Below are positions 1-7,364 of a DNA stretch of 64,000 nucleotides, piece by piece. Made by a program: the position numbers and the translations under genes. This DNA is from Candidatus Poseidoniaceae archaeon. Lineage in GTDB: Archaea > Thermoplasmatota > Poseidoniia > Poseidoniales > Poseidoniaceae. How positions within the stretch are numbered: position 1 is the stretch's first letter; every line of letters starts with the position of its first letter. The notes below the pieces were generated by a model. That model saw only the letters and a program-made list of their open reading frames with translations, searched no databases and was not told the DNA's origin. The stretch is taken from assembly GCA_949372875.1 (NCBI GenBank), contig CASIAW010000002.1:39658-103657 (forward strand), in the 5' to 3' direction.

Positions 1-66
1 CCGATGGAGTGGTTCGAATTTGAACAGCCTTACGGCTATGTAGATTGTTTTCAATCAAACTCGTAG
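1..66 (+). CDS. 3' end of a gene entering the window (..PMEWFEFEQPYGYVDCFQSNS*)
   Basis: Open frame 1 ending at TAG 64-66, convergent with rpl12. Confidence 0.4.
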   Translation, partial: PMEWFEFEQPYGYVDCFQSNS

Positions 67-214
67 TTTGATTCGCTTGTATGCACGGTGTTCCCACAGT
101 CCCGCCCTTACAGGCGAGGTATTCCGCGGGGAGGACCGAGTAAAACTACCGTGCTTCACTTGTCGCGAGCATGTCGCGTTCAATGTGTGCGTTCGGCGGC
201 GCTCGATACCTGTT

Positions 215-514
215 TCAACCGAAAAGGGAACCAAGACCGTCGAAACCGCCTGCTTCTTCTTCTTCCTCTTCCTCTTCAACAGGGGCAGGGGCGTCTGAAG
301 AACCAGCAGCAGCTGCGGGAGCAGCGGCAGCAGGAGCGGCAACAGCCTGGGTCATTGCATCAGCGATGTCAACACCGTCAAGAGAAGCAACCAGTGCTTT
401 CACTCGAGCGTCGTCAGCTTTCACGCCAGCAGCCTTTAGAATGGCGCTCACGGTTTTTTCGTCAATGTCTTTTTCAGCAGCGTGCAGTAGCATAGCAGCG
501 TATACGTATTCCAT
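215..514 (-). CDS. rpl12: 50S ribosomal stalk protein P1/L12 (archaeal)
   Basis: MEYVYAAMLLH N-terminus, Ala-rich hinge, poly-Glu, GLGSLFG C-terminus. Confidence 0.97.
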   Translation of the reverse strand: MEYVYAAMLLHAAEKDIDEKTVSAILKAAGVKADDARVKALVASLDGVDIADAMTQAVAAPAAAAPAAAAGSSDAPAPVEEEEEEEEAGGFDGLGSLFG

Positions 515-537
515 ATTTTTTCACCTCATTATTTAGT

Positions 538-1554
538 TCAACCGAATAGATCTCCGAGTCCGCCGAAGCTTTCCTCTTCTTCCTCTTCTTCCTCTTCTTC
601 GGCTTCAGTTGGTACCTCAGAAGTGCTTTCAGGAGAACTTGCAACGGATGCGGCAGCGGATGCTGCTGCGCCCAACATGTTGGCAAGTTCTTCATCGAGT
701 GCGTCGCTGTCAAGCTGTCCAGCAACGGCCATAGCGCCGTTGTGTGCTCGTCCAACGAGATGTGGCATGGTTTCTGCAGTAGCGATTGCAGCCTCCAGTG
801 CAACGGCCATTGCCTCTCGGCTGGCCTTTGCAAGAATTGTTGGCATTGTTTGGTTGGTATACCAAGTAATGTTGCAAGCGAGATTGAATGCACCAGCAGC
901 ATAGCTGATGAGGTCGGTCTCGAATTGCTCGAAGTCAATAGCAAGAGTGCTTGGCGAGAAGACTGTGCCGTCTTCAAGAGTGCCGCACAATCGCAGACCA
1001 GTGACAATTGGATTAATTCCAATCTTCGAGAGCATCATACCCATGTCGCCTTCAAAGACATCGCCTTCTTCAAGAACCACGGTTCGCTTTTGGATTTGGA
1101 CAGAGCCGCCCATAATCTTAGCAGGAATTCCAACGGAGTTCAATTCACCAACAATTGGCCCTGGTGGCATGCCAGTATCCATCTTTTCAATAACAATCTG
1201 ATGAGGAGCAACATCGCCTTCTTTAGCAGCACGTCCAGCCTCAGTCTTCTTGAGTTCATCGTATAGTTTGAAAGAATTGAGAGTTGATGAAGAAACCAAA
1301 GCAGGTTGAATTGCACCTTGGAACAATTCGTTAAGATTCTCATCTTTGTATCCGGCTCGCTCCCAAGCAATTGTCATCAAACGCTTCTTTGCAACTTGAA
1401 TTTTCATGTCGGTGCGAAGTGTCGCTCGCATACCGAGCATTGCTCCAGCAGGAACGCCGTGAATATCGATAACTGCAAGAGTGTCTCCACTCTTGATGAG
1501 GTCAACAAGATCTTGAACGGTGTCTTTCTTCCAAGACACGACCTTAGGAATCAA
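538..1554 (-). CDS. rpl10: 50S ribosomal protein L10/P0
   Basis: WKK..V N-terminus, AAKEGDVAP, TGMPPGP, acidic tail ending GLGDLFG; operon position. Confidence 0.96.
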   Translation of the reverse strand: MIPKVVSWKKDTVQDLVDLIKSGDTLAVIDIHGVPAGAMLGMRATLRTDMKIQVAKKRLMTIAWERAGYKDENLNELFQGAIQPALVSSSTLNSFKLYDELKKTEAGRAAKEGDVAPHQIVIEKMDTGMPPGPIVGELNSVGIPAKIMGGSVQIQKRTVVLEEGDVFEGDMGMMLSKIGINPIVTGLRLCGTLEDGTVFSPSTLAIDFEQFETDLISYAAGAFNLACNITWYTNQTMPTILAKASREAMAVALEAAIATAETMPHLVGRAHNGAMAVAGQLDSDALDEELANMLGAAASAAASVASSPESTSEVPTEAEEEEEEEEEESFGGLGDLFG

Positions 1555-2195
1555 TTAATCACCTCAACTGCGCATGATGGCCCCATCGTTGTCTTGATGT
1601 AGAGGGAGCGTATGTTTCCAACGCCACGCTCAAGCTTGGAGATAACACGGTTGTAAATCTCCATTGCGTTGGAGTAGAGTTCATCTTCAGATTGGCTCAC
1701 AGTTCCGAATGAGATTTGGAATGTCATTCGGTCGCCGGACTTGACAACAACTGTTGATTGCAGACCTGCTGCAATAACTCCAGGGTCAAGTGTAGGAGGG
1801 ACTGGGCGAGGCATCTTTCCTCGAGGACCGAGAACGACACCAAGGTATCGTCCAATGAGTCCCATGTGTGGGACTTCTGAAAGGAAGAAATCGAATGCAT
1901 TTGCAATTTTCTTTGCCTTTCCTTTGTTGCCGCCAAGGTCTTCAATTTCTTGAGGGGTGATGACGTGGATTCCAGCAGCCTTTGCTTTTGTTGCAGCTTC
2001 TCCAGCAGCAAACATAGCAATTTTAAGTTCTCGACCACGGCCAGATGGAAGACGAACTTCCTCCTTGATACGGTTGTTAGGGTTCTTCAAGTCGACGTCA
2101 CGGATGGTGAATGCAATATCCACGGACTCGACAAATTTTCTTTTTGGAGCACTCTCAAGTGCGTCCTTAATTGCTTGATTAATTTTGTTTTCCAT
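1551..2195 (-). CDS. rpl1: 50S ribosomal protein L1
   Basis: RKFVESVD, LGPRGKMP, KTTMGP motifs. Confidence 0.97.
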   Translation of the reverse strand: MENKINQAIKDALESAPKRKFVESVDIAFTIRDVDLKNPNNRIKEEVRLPSGRGRELKIAMFAAGEAATKAKAAGIHVITPQEIEDLGGNKGKAKKIANAFDFFLSEVPHMGLIGRYLGVVLGPRGKMPRPVPPTLDPGVIAAGLQSTVVVKSGDRMTFQISFGTVSQSEDELYSNAMEIYNRVISKLERGVGNIRSLYIKTTMGPSCAVEVIN

Positions 2196-2201
2196 TTTTG
2201 T

Positions 2202-2244
2202 TCACCTCAGTGGTCAGCGAGACGCTCAATGGCGCCTCTACCAC
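2202..2244 (-). promoter_or_regulatory. Putative L1-binding autoregulatory mRNA hairpin next to the rpl1 SD (GAGGUGA)
   Basis: GUGG-UA-GAGGCGC-CAUUGA-GCGUCUC-GCUGA-CCAC: two helices around an asymmetric internal loop resembling known L1 operators. Confidence 0.65.
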
Positions 2245-2257
2245 GGTTCGTGATGTT

Positions 2258-2539
2258 TCAATTAAACCGCTCGTCCCATTCTCCTTTGTTAATGATTGCG
2301 AGGGCATCATTGGCCCAGTGTCCGTCGATCTTAACACGCATCGAAACGCATGTTCCAATGATTTCTTTTGTTTGTGCCTTCAAGTCAGCGCCGGTCAGAT
2401 GACCGAGGCCGTGCTTCTCTTGAGCGACTTCCATTGCCTTCTCGAGAGGGAGGTCTTCAACTGCAGCCTCAACACTACCGTTGCACTTCTTCACACCAAG
2501 AGCTTTGATGATAAGTTTAGATGTCCAAGGTTTCGGCAT
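2258..2539 (-). CDS. rpl11: 50S ribosomal protein L11, C-terminal rRNA-binding domain only (~93 aa)
   Basis: P.TSKLIIKALGV, KEIIGTCVSMRVKIDG, GEWD; position between spt5 and rpl1; GGAG upstream of ATG 2539. Confidence 0.85.
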   Translation of the reverse strand: MPKPWTSKLIIKALGVKKCNGSVEAAVEDLPLEKAMEVAQEKHGLGHLTGADLKAQTKEIIGTCVSMRVKIDGHWANDALAIINKGEWDERFN

Positions 2540-2639
2540 TGTTTCAACTCCATTGCTCACTATGTGGGCATTCAGCCGACAAAACACCCCTATATAATCG
2601 CGCTGTGCGATGGGTGTTGAGTGGCTAAGCCCTCAAAAA

Positions 2640-3563
2640 TCACTCGACACGCTCCACGACACGAACGTGGTCGCCACGCATGTTAAGAGTCATTGGAATT
2701 GGTTGTTCATACAATTCCATGCTGACTTCTTCTTTGGATTCCGCTACACTGAGGACACGCGCCTTCTCACCTTTGAAAGCGCCTGTGACGATTTCGACGA
2801 TGCATCCGACTTCGATTCCAGAGGTCACTGCCTTCGGTTCGAGGTATGGGAGAATGTCGGCAAGAGGTGCCTCGCCAGGTAGAACGGTCTTTGCGTTCTT
2901 CAACGGCGTTTGGTTCAATCCACGGCGTGCCGCAGGGTCTCGGCCACCAGAGCGACCAATCAATTTCTCAACGTGGTGAAGAGCACTTGATTCAATGAAG
3001 AGGTAACCGCGCATTCCAGTTGGGTGGAGAATCGACATAATATCTGGGAGAAGCGATGTCAGTGAACCGCTTCCGTGAAGTCGGTTATACATTTCATCAG
3101 CAACACGCTGTTCGGAACCGATGGCGGTTTTCACGATGTAAAGGAAAGAACCGACTGAACCATACATTTCACGGAACAACTTGTCGTTATTTTCCATATC
3201 GAGGTTTGAAAAGATACAGTTGTAGTTTCCAAGAGTCCCTGGATCAATCCATTCAGATTCAGTGTAACGGCCAGTAGGTGTTACTTCATCAGTGCTGGAA
3301 ACGACCAATACAGGTACGACATCGACCAAAGAACGGCCCATATCAACACCGCGCTCAGGGCCTGAGTCATGGTAGTGAAGAGATTCAATTGGGATACCTG
3401 TGGATTCAGAAACTCGTGCAATGACTTCTTCTGGAGTGTCGCCAATTCCCCAAACGCCATCCCACAATGCTGGGAAGTCGCCATCGGATTTGCTGCGGCG
3501 CAACAAAAGGAGTTTTTCTTCAAATCGAACGTATGCTACAAATGCTTCAGTCATTTCATTCAT
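2640..3563 (-). CDS. spt5: Transcription elongation factor Spt5 (NGN+KOW) with N-terminal NUDIX-like domain
   Basis: YIVKTAIGSE, MRGYLFIE, GCIVEIVTGAFKGEKARV (KOW); N-terminal KLLLLRRS..FPALWDGV.G. Confidence 0.9.
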   Translation of the reverse strand: MNEMTEAFVAYVRFEEKLLLLRRSKSDGDFPALWDGVWGIGDTPEEVIARVSESTGIPIESLHYHDSGPERGVDMGRSLVDVVPVLVVSSTDEVTPTGRYTESEWIDPGTLGNYNCIFSNLDMENNDKLFREMYGSVGSFLYIVKTAIGSEQRVADEMYNRLHGSGSLTSLLPDIMSILHPTGMRGYLFIESSALHHVEKLIGRSGGRDPAARRGLNQTPLKNAKTVLPGEAPLADILPYLEPKAVTSGIEVGCIVEIVTGAFKGEKARVLSVAESKEEVSMELYEQPIPMTLNMRGDHVRVVERVE

Positions 3564-3574
3564 CTCCTAAGTGT

Positions 3575-3844
3575 TCAGTTCCCGATGTTCAAAACATCAA
3601 AAAGCCAAGGGAAGAAATTGTCCATCATGACGAGCATGACAAATCCAATTGCTCCAAGAACGAAAAGTCCGATGCCGCAAATAATCGAAGTCTGTTTGAA
3701 TTCTTGAGCGGTTGGCTTACGGGCCATACGAATGATACGAGCCCAAGAACCTCGGGATACTCGGCGGAATTGGGACTCAATCCAGTCTTGACGGTCCTGA
3801 ACTTTATCTTCGAATGAACGTTTTTCTGCAGTTTCACCAGACAT
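3575..3844 (-). CDS. secE: Preprotein translocase SecE/Sec61gamma
   Basis: RIIRMARKPTAQEF followed by a TM helix; upstream of spt5. Confidence 0.93.
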   Translation of the reverse strand: MSGETAEKRSFEDKVQDRQDWIESQFRRVSRGSWARIIRMARKPTAQEFKQTSIICGIGLFVLGAIGFVMLVMMDNFFPWLFDVLNIGN

Positions 3845-3981
3845 GGTACAACCTCGGGCTTTCAATGCCACCTACCCTCCCAATATAACCACTCCGTCGC
3901 GAGAGGTGACTCAATCTCTCCCAAGTTTTCACGATTCTATGTTGCGAGGGTTGATGTGGGAGTGGCGAGGAAGGGCGTTCA

Positions 3982-4878
3982 ATGGCGCAGCAGGACCCCT
4001 ATTCCGTTCTTGGCGTTGGCCGTAATGCCAGCGATGTGGAAATTAAACGGGCGTTTCGTAAAAAAGCCCGCCAATACCACCCGGACCGAAATCCGGATAA
4101 TGATTCAGCAGAAGCAAAATTCAAGGAAGTTCAAGCGGCCTACGAAACTATTGCGACTGCCAAAGATCGAGCGGAACATGAACAACAACAACGCATGTCC
4201 TCAATGTTTGGTAACGGCGGTGGAGCCTCATTTGGGGGTGGAGGAATGGATGATGTCTTTAGCCAAATGTTTGGCGGCGGTGGACGAGGCCGTGGCGGAA
4301 ATCCGTTTGGCGGCATGGGCCAACAACCTCGTCAGAGGCAACAACGCCCCAAAGGCACCGATATCGGAGTAAGCCTCGATTTAACAACTGAAGAAGCAGA
4401 GAAGGGCGGTGTGTTTTCCTTTTCATTCAAAAGACTCAAGCAGAATCAAAGCGGTAAGATGGAAGCGACGACCACCACACTTCGCACATCGGTGAAAGCG
4501 GGCGTCAAACATGGTACAACCACTCGAATGAAAGGACAAGGCCATGACCACCCCGAAGGCGACGCTGGTGACGTGATGTTGACGATTCGAATTCAGTTTG
4601 GAGAAGGGAGGTTTTGGGATAAAGACATCCTGATACAAGAAGTCCCGACCCCATTCAGTACGCTCATGCTTGGAGGGAAAGTCAAAGTCACGCTCCCGAA
4701 CAAAAAGAAAATCATGTTGAGTGTCACGCCTGAAACATTGGTTGGAGACAGACAACGTATCGCAGGTGCTGGATATGATGGAGGCGATTTAGAACTCGAA
4801 TTTATCTTACCAGATTATGATGAACTGACCAGTGAGCAATTGAAAGCCCTTGAGGAACTTAAGAACACAGGGTTGTAG
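3982..4878 (+). CDS. DnaJ-class chaperone, type II (J domain, G/F linker, C-terminal domain, no Zn finger)
   Basis: DPYSVLGV, YHPDRN HPD motif, GF-rich region; no CxxCxGxG repeats. Confidence 0.9.
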   Translation: MAQQDPYSVLGVGRNASDVEIKRAFRKKARQYHPDRNPDNDSAEAKFKEVQAAYETIATAKDRAEHEQQQRMSSMFGNGGGASFGGGGMDDVFSQMFGGGGRGRGGNPFGGMGQQPRQRQQRPKGTDIGVSLDLTTEEAEKGGVFSFSFKRLKQNQSGKMEATTTTLRTSVKAGVKHGTTTRMKGQGHDHPEGDAGDVMLTIRIQFGEGRFWDKDILIQEVPTPFSTLMLGGKVKVTLPNKKKIMLSVTPETLVGDRQRIAGAGYDGGDLELEFILPDYDELTSEQLKALEELKNTGL

Positions 4879-4886
4879 GTGAGTGT

Positions 4887-7259
4887 ATGAGTCGCAGAGG
4901 CAAGCACAATAATCGTGGCTCAAAACACCGTTCGAAAGGCCCGAAACTTTCGGAAGGTGAACGGCTTTGGAAACGCCTTTCGAATCATTTTAGCGAGGAC
5001 TCTACACTTTGGGAGACCGAATGGAGTGGAGAGGCTTTAGCAAATTTCCTCATCGAACGAGAAAATCTCAATCGAGACTTCTCCAAAGATGCGCGTTCTG
5101 AACGCGCTTTCCGCAGCGAAATAGACGAAACATTAGCGCATGCCCGTTCCAAAAAAGAACATTTTGTAGAAAGAGAAAACAAACTGGTTCGGATTCGTTC
5201 GCCCTCCGAAACTCAACAGATAAAATCCTCAGTATTGGATTGGCAGGCATTCAGTGCAGTTCATGCTTCGAAAGGTTCAACCAGCCTACATGGTCGCCCT
5301 GCCTTGAATCAAGAAAATGCTCATCTTCTCCCAACGATGAATACCGATCATATGGAACGATATGAACTGCTCGAAGAAGTTTGGTTGGCGCATCTCGGTG
5401 GCGAAGATTATCCCGAATCTTTTTCACTCCTACCTGATGAAGTTGTGAGGTCATGGGGCAAATTTGACCTCGTGAGTGAAGCGAGGTTCATCGCCAACCG
5501 TCGTTCAGGGTTGCGGTTTCGAGAGGCTGAACCGAGCATGGCCCTCTTGTTAGTTCAATCAGGACGTCTCAATGCGCGTGAACTCTTGAACTTACGACTT
5601 GAAAATAAGCGTAAAGGTGGATGGAATCCGTTTCCAAGTATCTATGACGAAGCTCTCGTAGAGGCTGCGAACCGCCTACCTGAACTTGATAGCGAGAAGG
5701 AACTCTCAGAACGAAGAGAAGACTTGCGTCACCTCCCCTTTGTTACCATTGACCCTCATGATGCGAAAGATTTCGATGATGCAGTGTGCTTAATCGAGAA
5801 GAACGGCATGCGGACACTATGGGTTGCTATAGCCGATGTCGCCCACTATGTTCAACCGGATTCGCGACTGGATGGAGCTGCTCGCTCACGAGCGACTTCG
5901 GTCTATTTGCCTCATGCAGTCCTGCCAATGCTGCCGCCCCGACTGGCAGATGATCTGTGTTCACTGCGCGCTGGAGTTGACCGATTAGCCATGGTCATCG
6001 CCATGGACATCAACGATGATGATACGATTACTGATTGCAGGGCCTATGAAGCAGTTATTCAAGTCGCAGAAAACATGGCATATGAAGACGCATTAGACAA
6101 TTCCCGCTTTGCAAATATGTTCGCATTAGCAGAATCATGGCAAGCGAAGGAAGTGCGCCTCAACATTCAGAACGCTGAATTACGGCCTCGGCTCCATGGT
6201 GATGAAAAAATCAAAGTCGAGGTGAAATGGCCGAACGCAGCAACACGGATGATTGAATCATTCATGGTAGCTACAAATGCTTCAGTAGGGCATTTACTTG
6301 GAAAGTTAGGTGCGCCATTACCATGGCGATGCCACACACCACCAGACGCAGTGGAAGTGGAGGAGTTAAACGCAAAGCTCACTGCATTGGGAGTCGACAT
6401 TGAATTGCCAATGCCGAGCCTCAGAACGCATGGACAATCAGAAGAGAGCGAACTTACCGACTTGTTAGCCGGTTGGGCAGGCGGTTCAATTGACATCTCA
6501 GGAATGGATACTTCAGAAGAGCAGGGAACTGATGATACCCCCGAATATCTTTCAAGCGTACTTGACTCAGAAGCCCGTCAAGATATCCTCGATGCTCTGG
6601 AACAAGCCCAAAAGCAAGCCTCAGAACTCAAAGGCCCCGTCCGAAGAGTGGTTGACCAAGGTTTGTTTCATCTGATGCAGAGGGCAACATACAGTGCTGA
6701 GAACCTCGGGCACTTTGGACTCAACCTCGATGCGTATGTTCACTTTACCAGCCCAATACGCCGCTATCCAGATTTGATGGCGCATCGCCAATTGAAGGCG
6801 CACCTTCGGGGAGAGGGATGGGTTCATTCCTTCGAAGAAACAGCCAAAATTTCGAAGCATTGCAGTGAACAAGGTCACGCAGCAAAACGAATTGAGTGGG
6901 AGTTAGTCGCAAATGCTTACCACCTTCACTTGTTACGCGGTGGAAAAATCGGCGGCGAAAGTTCAACGGAAACGACTCCCCTGGAACACACTTCTTGGGC
7001 TGCAAGAATAACCGGATTACGCACCCCTTGGGTCTTCTTGGATTTAGCCGATGATGGAGCGATTCACGGACGGATGCACCTTCGCCAAATCGGAGGAAAA
7101 ACGCAAATGAGCGTCGATGAACACGGGCTAGCGGTGATTCCTGCTGAACCGGACCAACGTGGAGAACAACATCCAGTAGTTCAACTCGGCCAGATCTTCT
7201 CTTGCAGACTACGCGGTTTGGATGTGTGGGCAGGCTCTCTTGATTTAGCCCCACAATAG
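4887..7259 (+). CDS. rnr: RNB-domain 3'-5' exoribonuclease (RNase R/II family)
   Basis: TIDPHDAKDFDDA catalytic motif, IADVAHYV, HFTSPIRRYPDL. Confidence 0.9.
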   Translation: MSRRGKHNNRGSKHRSKGPKLSEGERLWKRLSNHFSEDSTLWETEWSGEALANFLIERENLNRDFSKDARSERAFRSEIDETLAHARSKKEHFVERENKLVRIRSPSETQQIKSSVLDWQAFSAVHASKGSTSLHGRPALNQENAHLLPTMNTDHMERYELLEEVWLAHLGGEDYPESFSLLPDEVVRSWGKFDLVSEARFIANRRSGLRFREAEPSMALLLVQSGRLNARELLNLRLENKRKGGWNPFPSIYDEALVEAANRLPELDSEKELSERREDLRHLPFVTIDPHDAKDFDDAVCLIEKNGMRTLWVAIADVAHYVQPDSRLDGAARSRATSVYLPHAVLPMLPPRLADDLCSLRAGVDRLAMVIAMDINDDDTITDCRAYEAVIQVAENMAYEDALDNSRFANMFALAESWQAKEVRLNIQNAELRPRLHGDEKIKVEVKWPNAATRMIESFMVATNASVGHLLGKLGAPLPWRCHTPPDAVEVEELNAKLTALGVDIELPMPSLRTHGQSEESELTDLLAGWAGGSIDISGMDTSEEQGTDDTPEYLSSVLDSEARQDILDALEQAQKQASELKGPVRRVVDQGLFHLMQRATYSAENLGHFGLNLDAYVHFTSPIRRYPDLMAHRQLKAHLRGEGWVHSFEETAKISKHCSEQGHAAKRIEWELVANAYHLHLLRGGKIGGESSTETTPLEHTSWAARITGLRTPWVFLDLADDGAIHGRMHLRQIGGKTQMSVDEHGLAVIPAEPDQRGEQHPVVQLGQIFSCRLRGLDVWAGSLDLAPQ

Positions 7260-7364
7260 TATTGCAGTCAATACCAAGTGTTATACAAACTACAGGAATC
7301 GCAATACCATGTCGATTGGAACATCTTGGCATGTGGAAATTCAAACTGCAAGTAGGTGAAAGAT

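Noticed and set aside
129-140. GAGGACCG resembling the sarcin-ricin loop
   Set aside because: Only 8 nt and lacks AGUACGA; likely chance
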